A stretch of 64,000 nucleotides of DNA from Nitrosopumilus sp. (GCA_965207075.1 CBDBLO010000002.1:1856001-1920000), one strand, 5' to 3'; shown: positions 30,144-40,841, numbered from the stretch's first letter. Numbers and translations: made by a program. Notes: generated by a model not told the origin, from the letters alone.

Positions 30144-31640
30144 TTACTGGCCCGGCCAGTCAATCACCGGCGTGGCAAACTCGATGAACTGCAGCAGGGG
30201 CTCCGGATACACGCCGAAGCCCACCAAAAATAGTATGGAGAATATCATTACCGCTACCACTGGCTTTGGCTCCGACACGCGGCGCTTGGTCTCGCCCTCA
30301 AAGTACATCTTGCGCGTTATCCAGCCGTAGTACGCAAGGGAGAGCGCGCTGTTGAGCACGCCGGCTATGGCAAGCCACGGGGCCCACCACAGGGCCGAGG
30401 ACGCGTCTAGCGCGCCGCCAAACAGCATGAGCTTGCTCCAGAACCCGGACAACGGGGGGACGCCAGCTAAGGCGAACAGCGATATCACGAGCCCGAGCGA
30501 CGTTATCGGCATGCGGCGCCCGAGCCCCGCAAGCTTGTCTATGTGCGTGACCGCAAGCGCCACCACGATTCCGGCCACGGCGATGAACGCGGCGCCCTTC
30601 ATCACGGCGTGGTTGAATATCTGGTACATCGATCCCTGCAGCCCCAGCGAGCTGTGCGGCGCCACCGCGAGCCCGATCAGTATGTACCCGGCGTGCGCGA
30701 TACTCGAGTAGGCGAGCATCCTTGAGAGGTTCCTCTGCATGATGGCGGCCACGTTGCCGACTGTCATGGTCATCACCGCGATGACGCCGAGGGCCAGCGT
30801 CCAGTCGGTGTTCAGGGCGACGGCGCCCATTATCACGATACGCAAAGCGGCTGCAAACCCGGCCTTCTTGGTGGCGGCCGCAAGCAGCGTGGTTACGGGC
30901 GCGGGCGCCCCCTCGTACGTGTCGGGGAGCCACTGGTGGAACGGCACGAGCCCCATCTTGAAGCCGAACCCGGCAATCAGCATGCCGACTGAGAGCAGTG
31001 CAAGCGGCATCAGTGAGGCGTCGAGTGACGCGTACCCCTCTATCACGTCGCCAATGTTCGTCGAGCCGGTAAGCCCGTACGACAAGGATATTCCGTATAT
31101 GATTATCGCCGACGAGAGGGCCCCGAACAGAAAGTACTTTATGGCGGCCTCGTTTGAGGCGGGGTTCCTCTTCATGAACCCGACCAGGATGTACGTGGGT
31201 ATGCTCATCAGCTCCCAGGCCACGAACAGCATCACCAGGTCGGTGGAGTACGCGACAAGCACCATTCCTATGGTCGCAAGCAGGATGAGCGAGTAGTACA
31301 CGGCAGGCGACGCGTTCTCGTGCTTGCGCATGTACGTAAACGATCCCACCACGGTGAAGATGGCCACTATGAGCATCGCGACTGCGAAGAAGCCGCCGAA
31401 CGCGTCGTCTGAGAGCACCTCCTCGGAGAAGATCGCCGAGGCGGGCATATCCCCGTACAGGAACTCGTACCCCACGTAGGCCATGGACGCGGCAAGGGCG
31501 CCCAGCGCGATTGCGGCGTACAGCGTGTTTGACGAGCTGCCGCCGACTTCGCGGCGGGCGATGCTTATCAGCGGGAGTATAACGCCGACCGTGCCGAGTA
31601 TCGCGACAAGTATCATCGGGGTGGAGTCGAGCGGGATCAT
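30144..31640 (-). CDS. nuoN: Complex I subunit N
   Basis: EAAIKYF, FKMGLVPFHQWLPDTYEGAP, MLAYSSIAH. Confidence 0.96.
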   Translation of the reverse strand: MIPLDSTPMILVAILGTVGVILPLISIARREVGGSSSNTLYAAIALGALAASMAYVGYEFLYGDMPASAIFSEEVLSDDAFGGFFAVAMLIVAIFTVVGSFTYMRKHENASPAVYYSLILLATIGMVLVAYSTDLVMLFVAWELMSIPTYILVGFMKRNPASNEAAIKYFLFGALSSAIIIYGISLSYGLTGSTNIGDVIEGYASLDASLMPLALLSVGMLIAGFGFKMGLVPFHQWLPDTYEGAPAPVTTLLAAATKKAGFAAALRIVIMGAVALNTDWTLALGVIAVMTMTVGNVAAIMQRNLSRMLAYSSIAHAGYILIGLAVAPHSSLGLQGSMYQIFNHAVMKGAAFIAVAGIVVALAVTHIDKLAGLGRRMPITSLGLVISLFALAGVPPLSGFWSKLMLFGGALDASSALWWAPWLAIAGVLNSALSLAYYGWITRKMYFEGETKRRVSEPKPVVAVMIFSILFLVGFGVYPEPLLQFIEFATPVIDWPGQ

Positions 31641-31776
31641 CTCTGGCAGGCCACCTCCCGTGCTGTGTACGGCGTCCCGGGTGACGCGACCGGCGTCATA
31701 TTTGCCGCCGTCGTTGCCGTCGCCGCTGTCGTCTCCGCTGCCATCATCATCATCATCATAATCATCACCATTTCCA

Positions 31777-33870
31777 TCACATCATCAGCATCAGTATCAC
31801 AAACAGCAGTCCCGCCCCGAACACGAACAGATACGACTGCGAGACGCCGGTCTGCGTGCCCTGCACCACCCTGGCGCTCCAGCCGGCGGCCTTTTGCAGC
31901 CCGTCGTTCATGCCGTAGTCTATTGCGGTCTTCTCAAAGTATCGGGACACGCCGCGCGCAAGCCAGAGCGGGGCCACCACAAAGCACCAGTATATGATGG
32001 CGTTGAGGTACCACCTGTTGAGTATCACCTTGTGTATGGCGTAAAAGAAGATGTTGGAATTGACAAACTTGGCGGGATCCACGTGCCGGCCGATGTAGAA
32101 GATATACCCCAGCCCTATCCCTACGGCAAAGGCGGCAAGCGACGAGCCGAGCGCCACCGGGTTGAGCCCCTGCAGGAACCCTGGCAGTATGGACGCCATC
32201 TCAGTGCCCTTCTCGGCCCCGTGTATGCCAAACGAGTCGGCCAGATACACCTCGAATAGGTGGTGCAGCCCCTCCTCAGCAGACAGCCCGATGATGCCGA
32301 TCCCGATCGTCAGCGCCGCGAGTATCCCGTACGGCACCCACATGGAGACCGAGGCCTCGTGCACTCGGTGCCCCTCCTCCTCCATCTTCTGCACGTGCTC
32401 GGACTTTGGGCCAAAGAAGACCATGCCGATCATACGCGTCGTGTAGAACGCCGTGATAACAGCGGTCAGCACCGCGATCGCATACAGGGGGAGCGCCCAC
32501 TCGGAGCCGGACTCGTATACGGCCGCGAATATGGCGTCCTTGCTCCAGAACCCCGTCGTGATGAACGGGGCGCCCATGAGGCCCAGGCCCGCGGCCCACA
32601 TGAAGGCGTACGTCTTCTTCATGTGCTTTCGCAGGCCGCCCATGTCAGTCATGAACCTGGAGCCCACCACGTGCAGCAGGGAGCCTGCAGCCATGAACAG
32701 GGAGGCCTTGAACATCGCGTGCGATATCAGGTGGAAGAACCCCGCAGTGTAGCCGTCCACGTACTGGTACGACAGTCCCGCCACGCCGAGGGCCATCATC
32801 ATGTACCCGATCTGCGAGCCGGTCGAGTACGCAAGCACCTTTTTTATCTCGGGGTTGGTCATGCCCTGCGTCGCAAGCAGCAGGGCCGTGATGGCGCCCA
32901 CCCACGCCACGATCTCAAAGAACTGGTCGGCCAGTATCCCCGCGGCGCCCAGGGCAAACACGATGGGCCCCAGTCGGGCCACCAGAAACACGCCGGCCTT
33001 TACCATCGTGGCCGCGTGTATCAGGGCGGAGACGGCGGTAGGTCCAGTCATGGCCTCCAGTAGCCACTCGTTGAGCGGGAACTGCGCCGACTTGCCGATT
33101 GCGCCGCCAAACAGTAACACGAATGCGGGCACCAGCAGACCCTGGGCCGACATCTCGACTGCCCACGCCATGTCGCCCACAAGCTCGCGAAAGCCGAACG
33201 TGCCGGCGTACAGGAATATCAGCAGCATGCCGGCGATCATCATCACGTCGCCGACCTTTGTCATGATGAACGCCTTCATGCCGGCGTGCGTCGGGGCGTA
33301 GTAGTCCATGAGTCCCAGGACGCGGCGGTCCTCCTGCCCCACGTGGTCCTTCTTCTTGTCGCGGTACCAAAAGCTGATCAGCGCGTACGACGCAAGCCCG
33401 ACGCCCTCCCACCCGAAGAAGACCTGCAGCAGGTTGTCGGACAGCACGATGAGCTGCATCGAGCCGATGAAGAACAGCATCCAGAACCAGAACCGCACGA
33501 CGTTGCGGTCGCCCTTCATGTAGCCCGTGCTGTATATCATTATGAGGAACGAGATCCACGCGACCACGTTTGCCATTATCACCGACAGCGGGTCGGCAAG
33601 CACGCCGGCCTTGAGCCCGATGGCCTCTATCCACATTATCTGGTCGTGTATCTCCCCGCCTGCAAGCGCCATCGGAAGCAGCGAGAACGCGGACAGCGCC
33701 GACATCAGCGCGAATCCGACTGCCGCGTACCCGGTTATCCGGTGCGACCCCTTGCCGATCGCCGGCATTATCAGGGCCGCGGCAAACGGTATGACCCAGA
33801 CCAGCCACGCGGCCTCGGGGACCGCGTCGATGGGAGGCAGGAAGGACGCGGGGGCGGACTCTGCTGCCAT
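31777..33870 (-). CDS. nuoL: Complex I subunit L
   Basis: GWEGVG, KSAQFPL..WL..AM.GPT.VSALIHAATMV, FWSKD. Confidence 0.96.
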   Translation of the reverse strand: MAAESAPASFLPPIDAVPEAAWLVWVIPFAAALIMPAIGKGSHRITGYAAVGFALMSALSAFSLLPMALAGGEIHDQIMWIEAIGLKAGVLADPLSVIMANVVAWISFLIMIYSTGYMKGDRNVVRFWFWMLFFIGSMQLIVLSDNLLQVFFGWEGVGLASYALISFWYRDKKKDHVGQEDRRVLGLMDYYAPTHAGMKAFIMTKVGDVMMIAGMLLIFLYAGTFGFRELVGDMAWAVEMSAQGLLVPAFVLLFGGAIGKSAQFPLNEWLLEAMTGPTAVSALIHAATMVKAGVFLVARLGPIVFALGAAGILADQFFEIVAWVGAITALLLATQGMTNPEIKKVLAYSTGSQIGYMMMALGVAGLSYQYVDGYTAGFFHLISHAMFKASLFMAAGSLLHVVGSRFMTDMGGLRKHMKKTYAFMWAAGLGLMGAPFITTGFWSKDAIFAAVYESGSEWALPLYAIAVLTAVITAFYTTRMIGMVFFGPKSEHVQKMEEEGHRVHEASVSMWVPYGILAALTIGIGIIGLSAEEGLHHLFEVYLADSFGIHGAEKGTEMASILPGFLQGLNPVALGSSLAAFAVGIGLGYIFYIGRHVDPAKFVNSNIFFYAIHKVILNRWYLNAIIYWCFVVAPLWLARGVSRYFEKTAIDYGMNDGLQKAAGWSARVVQGTQTGVSQSYLFVFGAGLLFVILMLMM

Positions 33871-35568
33871 CTACGTACCGCCTCCTCCTCCGGCAGTCGC
33901 CGTTGCCATTGCGGCCATGCCATCACCGCCGCCTGTAGCGGGAAGCACCCACTCCATGTACGGCACGATGGTCTCCAAGAATATGTCCGGGTATATCCCC
34001 AGTACGATCGTAAAGCCTGCCAGCACCATCATGGGCGCCGTCATGTACCAGCTGCCCTCCTTGACCTTTGAGAGGTGCTCGGGTAGCTTGCCAAAGAAGA
34101 CGCGCTTTAGCATCCACAGCATGTAGGACATCGTAAGCGCGGTCGCAAGCAGTCCCAGCGCAAACGTCACGGTACGCAGCATCGAGTCCTCCTCGATCGC
34201 CGTCTCAAGGGCCCCGTAAAAGAGGATCCATTCGCCCATGAACCCGCTTGTGGGCGGAACGCCCATTATGGTCAGCGCGCCTATGACGGCGCAGACAGCG
34301 GTGATGGGCATCTTGCCGGCAAGGCCGCCCAGCTTCGAGATGCTTCGGGTGCCCACCCTCACTATGATGATCCCGGCAGTCATGAAGAGCAGCCCCTTGC
34401 CGAGCCCGTGCGTTACATACATCATCTCGGCGCCCGACAGCCCCAGTACAGACACGGAGCCTATCCCAAACAGCAGGTATCCCATCTGGCTTATGCTAGA
34501 GTACGCCAGCAGCCGCTTGAGGTCGTCTTGCATGAGCGCCATGGCGCCCCCGTATATCATCGTGACAAGCCCCCACACGTGGAGCCATATGGAGAGCTCC
34601 GAGTACGTGGCAGGCAGCAGCTCCACCACGAGCCGGAAGATGCCGTACGCGCCGATCCCGATCATCGCAGGCGAGAGCAGCGCGCTGATGGGGGTGGGGG
34701 CCGAGCCGTGCACGTAGGGCAGCCATATGTGGAACATGAACACGGCCAGCTTTACGCCGAGCCCTATCGTGATTGCCACGCCGGACAGCAGCGCGATGTC
34801 AGACGGCAGTACGGACTCGTCGATGTCCGCAAAGTCAAAGCTTCCCACCGTGAGCCCGATCATAAGAAAGCCAAGCAGGAGCACGACTGCGCCTGCATGG
34901 GTCCAGAACAGGAACATGAGGCCTATCTTTCTGCGGGGCCCGTCGCCCCAGAGCGCCACCAGGAAGAAACCGGGTATGAGCATCACCTCGAAGAATATGT
35001 AAAACTCGATGAGGTTGGTCGCAAGGACGGTCCCGAGCATCCCCATGGCAAACACCAGGTATAGCGCAAAGTAGAGGCCCGACTTTGCGTTGACGTACGA
35101 GGTGAGCGCGGCCGACGTCTCGTGGGACTCGGCGGTCGCTGTCGCGGCGGCGGTGGCCGGAGTGGAGGAAGACGAGGAGACAGAGGCTTCTCCGCTGCTG
35201 CTGCTGCTGCTGCCCTGCGCCGACCGGCCCTCCTCGGCAAACTGCTCCCTGAACTTGTGGATCATGTACGGCTTGGAGTACAGCGCCAGAATGGTCGACA
35301 GCACGTATATCACGATGGCAAACGGCGACGCCAGCCCGTCCATCAGGAACCCGAACTCCCCGAACGTCTCGGTCCACGGGTAGTGCTCCTCCGTGACGCC
35401 CCCGTCAAGGGCCGCGGACACCACGAGCACGGTAGAGTACAGGAGCACGGCAAACGTAAACCACATTGCGGCCGTGGGCCCCGCCTTGCGCCCCAGGACG
35501 TATGCCACGGGGGAGAGCAGCAGCGGCAGGAACACAGCCTGCATCAGGGCGTAGTCGGGGGTAATCAA
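33871..35568 (-). CDS. nuoM: Complex I subunit M
   Basis: FYIFFE, HIWLPYVH.SAPT, LLAYSSISQMG, GFMGE; TTG start. Confidence 0.95.
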   Translation of the reverse strand: MITPDYALMQAVFLPLLLSPVAYVLGRKAGPTAAMWFTFAVLLYSTVLVVSAALDGGVTEEHYPWTETFGEFGFLMDGLASPFAIVIYVLSTILALYSKPYMIHKFREQFAEEGRSAQGSSSSSSGEASVSSSSSTPATAAATATAESHETSAALTSYVNAKSGLYFALYLVFAMGMLGTVLATNLIEFYIFFEVMLIPGFFLVALWGDGPRRKIGLMFLFWTHAGAVVLLLGFLMIGLTVGSFDFADIDESVLPSDIALLSGVAITIGLGVKLAVFMFHIWLPYVHGSAPTPISALLSPAMIGIGAYGIFRLVVELLPATYSELSIWLHVWGLVTMIYGGAMALMQDDLKRLLAYSSISQMGYLLFGIGSVSVLGLSGAEMMYVTHGLGKGLLFMTAGIIIVRVGTRSISKLGGLAGKMPITAVCAVIGALTIMGVPPTSGFMGEWILFYGALETAIEEDSMLRTVTFALGLLATALTMSYMLWMLKRVFFGKLPEHLSKVKEGSWYMTAPMMVLAGFTIVLGIYPDIFLETIVPYMEWVLPATGGGDGMAAMATATAGGGGGT

Positions 35569-35610
35569 TTCTCTCTGCTCATCCTCCTCTTCCTACTCTT
35601 CTCGCTCTTC

Positions 35611-35916
35611 CTAGCCCCTCAAGCTCCTAAAGTCCGCAACGTCCACGTTCTGGTACATCCTGTACGCCACGATAATCAGCGACAGTCCGACTGCCACCTC
35701 GGCTGCCGCAATCGCAATCGAGAAGAGCGCCAGCGTCTGCCCGCCGCTCTCGGGGATGAACCTTCCAAAGGCCACCAGGTTCAGGTTGGCCGCGTTTATG
35801 ATAATCTCGATTGCAAAGAGCATTCTGATAAAGTTGCGCTTTACTGCAAGTCCGTAGATCCCGATCCCCAAAAGGGCGATTGAGACCAGCGTAAAGTCAA
35901 CTAGTTCGTTGACCAT
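35611..35916 (-). CDS. nuoK: Complex I subunit K
   Basis: IEII.NA.NL and IAAAEVAVGL. Confidence 0.95.
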   Translation of the reverse strand: MVNELVDFTLVSIALLGIGIYGLAVKRNFIRMLFAIEIIINAANLNLVAFGRFIPESGGQTLALFSIAIAAAEVAVGLSLIIVAYRMYQNVDVADFRSLRG

Positions 35917-36412
35917 TCTCCTCTATATCCTCCCTCCGAGCCAGCACGAGCGCGCCAGTCACCGAGCCGGCAAGGATGAGCCCCATAAGTATGAGCGCGG
36001 GCCAGTAATACGTGACAAAGTCCGAGCCTATCTCCCTAAAGTCGACCGGGGGCTCGTCTGTCGTGATGTCCTTTATCCCCGAGTCGATGAATATGGCTCC
36101 CAGGGCCACCATCGTCACAAGCATCAGCGCCACGCCGGCAAACTTGCGCCTCTTGTCCTCTATCTTCTTGAATATCAGCTCGCGCTTTACAAGCATCACG
36201 GTAAACAGTATCAGCACGGCGATGGAACCCACGTATACCGCAAGCTGGAAGAGCGCCACGAACGTCGCGTCAAGCAGCAGGAAGAACCCCGCGATCCCGC
36301 CGAGCGTCCCCATTAGCGCGATGGAGCCGTACACGAGCGAGCGCAGCTCGAGGGCCGCTATTGCAGAGCCCACCGTAACCACGGCGAGCACCACGAACAC
36401 CGGGTCAGCCAT
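35897..36412 (-). CDS. nuoJ: Complex I subunit J
   Basis: QLAVYVGSIAVLILF motif and operon position. Confidence 0.93.
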   Translation of the reverse strand: MADPVFVVLAVVTVGSAIAALELRSLVYGSIALMGTLGGIAGFFLLLDATFVALFQLAVYVGSIAVLILFTVMLVKRELIFKKIEDKRRKFAGVALMLVTMVALGAIFIDSGIKDITTDEPPVDFREIGSDFVTYYWPALILMGLILAGSVTGALVLARREDIEENGQRTS

Positions 36413-36902
36413 GGGTCGCACCCCGCTCAGTTATCTGGATGCTCGAGTCCTGCCTCACGTACGGCTTGACTGCCAGCTGGGCAGGCGTGTATATGAGGCC
36501 CTCCTTTGAGAAGGACGAGAGCTCGTAGTCGTTTGTCATGTACAGGGCATAAAACGGGCAGGCGTCCACGCACAGCCCGCAGAAGACGCACTTGCCGTAG
36601 TCTATCTGCGGCATTATCGACTTTTTGTTCTGCTTTTGCTCCTCGGGCACCTTTACCATTCCGATCGCCTCTGCCACCCCCTCGCACGCTATGGAGCAGA
36701 GCTGGCACCCCGTGCAGTGGTCGTGGAACAGCATGTGCCTCCCCTTGAGGCCCGCGATCCCCACGCCGGTGGACGGGTCAAACTGGTACCCGTCGCCTAC
36801 AAACTCCAGCTTCTCCTCAGGATACCTCAGCGTAAAGCGCTTTACCGCAAGGTGCTTTACCCCCGAGTTCAGGGCGCGTATGATTCCCGTGGCAGTCTTC
36901 AT
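36405..36902 (-). CDS. nuoI: Complex I subunit I
   Basis: Two [4Fe-4S] motifs CTGCQLCSIAC and CVFCGLCVDACP; TLRYPEE. Confidence 0.96.
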   Translation of the reverse strand: MKTATGIIRALNSGVKHLAVKRFTLRYPEEKLEFVGDGYQFDPSTGVGIAGLKGRHMLFHDHCTGCQLCSIACEGVAEAIGMVKVPEEQKQNKKSIMPQIDYGKCVFCGLCVDACPFYALYMTNDYELSSFSKEGLIYTPAQLAVKPYVRQDSSIQITERGATHG

Positions 36903-38203
36903 TGCAGCAGCATACCTCCAGGTCCCAGGACTCCAGCGTAAACCAGCCCGAGTGCAATAAAGATGTTAACAAAGGCCAGCCCTATCAGCTTGGACCAGCC
37001 CAGGTTCAGCAGCATGTCTATCCTGATGCGCGGGAACACGCCCCTCGGCAGCAGGATGAAGAATATGACGCCTACGGTCTTGAGCACGAACCACAGCGTG
37101 CCGTTGAGCATCTCCTGCGTGAACAGCGGGAGCCCCGGGATCTTTGCCGTCACGGGCCCCATTACTATGCCCTCGGTCAGTATCTCCTCTGGAAACGGCG
37201 GCACCACCATCGGCCCGTGCCACCCGCCCAGGAAGAGCACCACAAACAAAGCCGCAAAGGCGTACAGCTTGAGGTACGTCCCCAGCTGCACGAGCCCGTA
37301 CATCATGCCGGAGAACTCCGTGAGCCATCCCGCCACAATTTCAGACTCGGCCTCCGGCAGGTCGAAGGGTATCCTCTCCAGCTCCGCAAGCATGGTGGTG
37401 AAGAACACGACCGCGCCGATGGGCAGGAATATTATCCACGGGAACATCGACTGGCTTGCCGCAATCTCAGACAGGTTCAGGGTGCCCGTCAGGATCACGA
37501 CGCCGAGCAGCGAGAGTATGAGCGGGATCTCGAAGGAGACCATCTGGAACAGGGCCCTGATGCCGCCGATGAACGGGAACTTTGAGTTCGCCGACCACGC
37601 GGACAGTATGGTGATAATGGGGAAGAACCCGATCACGGCAAACACCGCAATCAGCCCCAGGTCGACGTCGGCCACCACCCAGCCCGGGGCTACAGGAATC
37701 AGCGCCACGAACGCGGCCGCGGTCGCGACGAATATGACCGGCGCGACCCAGAATATCGGCTTGTCGGCCTTTGCCGGTATGATTATCTCCTTTGATATCA
37801 GCTTGAGCCCGTCGCCCATCAGCTGCAGTATCCCCTCGATCTTGCCACAGTAGAACGGCCCGACCCGCAGCTGGAGCTTTGCAAGCAGCTTGCGCTCGAC
37901 GAATATGGTGCCCGCCGCGATCAGCGCGGCGAACCCGAACCCGGGAAACGCCATCACCCGGAACATGTCAGTCGCCATGAACGCGTGCACTATCGGCAGG
38001 GTCCTGGAGGGGTCGGCAAGCCAGGTGAACGCGAGGAACGGCGTGAGCAGCTCGCCGTTTATCACGGGCATCTCGATGTAGAACAGCACCATCATTATGG
38101 CCGGTATCCCCACCAGGTTTGCCAGCAGCAGGGCCCAGAACGCGTTGTCAAATATCGAGCGGATAAAGCCGCTCAGCCTAAAGTCGGGCGCGATAACGGA
38201 CAT
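36899..38203 (-). CDS. nuoH: Complex I subunit H
   Basis: ERK...Q.RVGP, DGLKL..KE, PFDLPEAESE. Confidence 0.96.
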   Translation of the reverse strand: MSVIAPDFRLSGFIRSIFDNAFWALLLANLVGIPAIMMVLFYIEMPVINGELLTPFLAFTWLADPSRTLPIVHAFMATDMFRVMAFPGFGFAALIAAGTIFVERKLLAKLQLRVGPFYCGKIEGILQLMGDGLKLISKEIIIPAKADKPIFWVAPVIFVATAAAFVALIPVAPGWVVADVDLGLIAVFAVIGFFPIITILSAWSANSKFPFIGGIRALFQMVSFEIPLILSLLGVVILTGTLNLSEIAASQSMFPWIIFLPIGAVVFFTTMLAELERIPFDLPEAESEIVAGWLTEFSGMMYGLVQLGTYLKLYAFAALFVVLFLGGWHGPMVVPPFPEEILTEGIVMGPVTAKIPGLPLFTQEMLNGTLWFVLKTVGVIFFILLPRGVFPRIRIDMLLNLGWSKLIGLAFVNIFIALGLVYAGVLGPGGMLLQ

Positions 38204-39420
38204 TACCTGTCAGCCTCCACGGGCCAGTAATTCAGGCTCCAGTATACGGCGGGCATGTTGCCCAGCTTCTCGCCCTTGAGCAGGTACGGCAGGGCGATGA
38301 GGTTGCGGAACGAGCCGACGCTCATCTTTACGCGGTAGGGCTCCGGCTTGCCGTCAGATACTATATAGCAGCCGAGCGCGCCCCGGCCTGACTCGACGCG
38401 TTTGTATACCGTGTCGTGTCCGCCCTTGGGGTTCGGCTTTAGCTTGACGCGCACGGAGCCGGACTTTGGAATCTTCTCGAGCGCGCTGCGTATGATGTTG
38501 CAGCTCTCCATCATGTCAAGCCACGGGACGCGCGACCGGGCGTACGAGTCTCCGGCCTTCATCACGTTCGTGTTGACATCGAGCTCGTCGTACACGTCGT
38601 ACGGCTCCTTTTTGCGCACGTCGTAGTCGACGCCGCTTGCCCTCAGGACGGAGCCCGTGGTGCCGAGGCGTATGGCGTCCTGCCTTGAGAGCACGCCCGT
38701 CTCCCGGGTGCGCGATATCAGTATGGGGTTGTCGTAGAATATGTCGGCGTACTCCTTGATGCGCTTTTCAAAATAGTTCACCTGCCTCAGGCAGACGTCC
38801 TCGAAGTTCGGGGGAAGGTCGTTGCGCACGCCGCCCGGGACAAAGTGCGCGTGGGTGACGCGGGCGCCGGTCATCTTCTCCATCAGGTCTATCAGCAGCT
38901 CGCGGTCCCCGGCTGGCCACATGAACATGGTGGAGTGCCCCAGGAATATCCCGTATATGGCAAGCCAGTACATCGTGTATATGCAGCGGTTCAGCTCCGC
39001 CGCTATCACCCTCACGTACTTTGCGCGCTCCGGCGTCTCGATGCCCAGCAGCTCCTCGACGCCCAGCACGTACGGGTACAGGATGTTGCACGAGTCGTGT
39101 ATGACGGGCCTCTCCAGGTGCGGGATGTTCGTGATGTAGTTGCGGTACTCGGCCATCTTCTCCTCGCCGCGGTGCACGTATCCCGGGTCCGGGTCGCAGG
39201 CCACTATGTGGTCACCGTCTATCTGGACTATGATCCGCATGTGTCCGGAGCCCGGATGCTGCGGCCCCACGTTGAGCGTCATTATGCGCTCGTCGACCTT
39301 TTGCAGCGCGAGTCCGGGCGGAAGCTCCGGGGCTGCGGATGCGGCGGCGGCAGTAGTAGGCGCAGGGGGCGCTGCAGCCGTTGTCGCGGTTGGTGTGTCG
39401 GTAGTCGCCGTCGTAATCAT
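38203..39420 (-). CDS. nuoD: Complex I subunit D
   Basis: NVGPQHP..HMR, GYVHRGEEK, C-terminal EADR. Confidence 0.96.
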   Translation of the reverse strand: MITTATTDTPTATTAAAPPAPTTAAAASAAPELPPGLALQKVDERIMTLNVGPQHPGSGHMRIIVQIDGDHIVACDPDPGYVHRGEEKMAEYRNYITNIPHLERPVIHDSCNILYPYVLGVEELLGIETPERAKYVRVIAAELNRCIYTMYWLAIYGIFLGHSTMFMWPAGDRELLIDLMEKMTGARVTHAHFVPGGVRNDLPPNFEDVCLRQVNYFEKRIKEYADIFYDNPILISRTRETGVLSRQDAIRLGTTGSVLRASGVDYDVRKKEPYDVYDELDVNTNVMKAGDSYARSRVPWLDMMESCNIIRSALEKIPKSGSVRVKLKPNPKGGHDTVYKRVESGRGALGCYIVSDGKPEPYRVKMSVGSFRNLIALPYLLKGEKLGNMPAVYWSLNYWPVEADR

Positions 39421-40223
39421 CTCCCCTTTATCGCAAAGTCCTTCCTGAGGGGCGGCAGGTCGGCCCAGTCCTCTGGCAGCAGCAGCCGGCGGTTGTCCGG
39501 ATGCCCCTCAAAATAGACCCCGAACATCTCAAATATCTCGCGCTCGTGGAACTCGACGCTGTAAAAGACGTCGCGCAAGGTGGGCAGCCTGGTGGCGTCC
39601 CCGCCCGGTATCGGGTCGTCCTCGCGCTGCGCCCTCGTGGACAGGGCGATTATCTGGTTCTCCAGCGAGTCGTCCGTGTATGATCCAATGTGGTACACCA
39701 CCTCGATCTCCCCGTCTGCCGCATAGTCCACGCCTGACACGGACTCCACGTGGTCATAGTTCAGCTCGTCCCTGATGAATTCCGCCACGCTATGCACGTC
39801 ATCACGCCCCGCTTTTATCCCTATTCGACCAGGCTTTATGAACGTGGATTCGACCTTGTCGCCGAACCTTTCAAGGATCTTGTCGGATACGCCCTTTTCA
39901 AACTCTGGCGCCGCCGGGGGTGGTGGAGGGGCTTTCTTGGCCGCGGGGGTGGGTTTGGCGGCAGCAGCTGGCTTGGCGGGGGTGGGTTTGGCGGCAGCAG
40001 CTGGCTTTGCGGCTGCAGCTGGCTTTTCATCCTTCAAAGTATCGGGCTTGTCCGGTGCGGCGTCGTTCTTGGCGTCTGACGCCCCTTCCGGAGCCTTCTT
40101 GGACTCGCCGGCGACAGTCTTGGCGGATGCGCCTGTGGGAGCATCTGCATCCAGAGGCTTGGTCTCGGGCTTTGCGTCTTCTGAGGCCGGCTTTTCTGCA
40201 GCGGCCTGTGGATCTTTGCTCAT
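39417..40223 (-). CDS. nuoC: Complex I subunit C with an Ala/Lys/Pro-rich N-terminal extension
   Basis: ERE.FEMFGV.FEGHP..RRLLLP..W..PPLRKDF; the start at 40223 overlaps the nuoB stop. Confidence 0.94.
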   Translation of the reverse strand: MSKDPQAAAEKPASEDAKPETKPLDADAPTGASAKTVAGESKKAPEGASDAKNDAAPDKPDTLKDEKPAAAAKPAAAAKPTPAKPAAAAKPTPAAKKAPPPPPAAPEFEKGVSDKILERFGDKVESTFIKPGRIGIKAGRDDVHSVAEFIRDELNYDHVESVSGVDYAADGEIEVVYHIGSYTDDSLENQIIALSTRAQREDDPIPGGDATRLPTLRDVFYSVEFHEREIFEMFGVYFEGHPDNRRLLLPEDWADLPPLRKDFAIKGR

Positions 40224-40747
40224 TATACGATCTTCCTGGCTTTCATCCTCTTGATCTTCTCTTGCAGCAGGATGCAGCCTTGGATAAGCGTCTCGGGCCT
40301 CGGCGGGCACCCTGGCACGTATACGTCAACTGGAATCACACCGTCGATTCCAGGCAGCACATTGTATGAATCAAAGTAGAGCCCGCCCGTAATGGCGCAC
40401 GCCCCCATCGCAATGACGTACTTGGGCTCCGGCATCTGGTCGTAGACCAGCCTCAGCCGCGGGGCCATCTTGCGGGTTATGGTCCCCTGGACCACGACCA
40501 GGTCGCACTGGCGCAGCGAGCCGAACGCCTCTATAATTCCGAACCGCTCAACGTCATACCTCGGACCGGACGCGGCCCCGAACTCCACGCTGCAGCAGGC
40601 AGTCTCTATGTGCACGGGCCACAGGGACCATATGCGCCCCCAGTTGATTGCATAGCCCAGAGGCTTGTCGATCGCACGCTCCAGTATGTCGCCAAGCTTG
40701 CCCACGAACACGTTGGCATTCTCCGGGGTCATGACGTCCTTTAGCAT
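40223..40747 (-). CDS. nuoB: Complex I subunit B
   Basis: ACCSVE, MGAC, VPGCPPRPE. Confidence 0.97.
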   Translation of the reverse strand: MLKDVMTPENANVFVGKLGDILERAIDKPLGYAINWGRIWSLWPVHIETACCSVEFGAASGPRYDVERFGIIEAFGSLRQCDLVVVQGTITRKMAPRLRLVYDQMPEPKYVIAMGACAITGGLYFDSYNVLPGIDGVIPVDVYVPGCPPRPETLIQGCILLQEKIKRMKARKIV

Positions 40748-40841
40748 CTAACCGATCACCGCCGCCATGCCCTGTATGTCATTACAGATACCGCCAAATC
40801 CCGCTCGCCTTGAATGCAGTATGAGCCGCGCATATAAGAAA

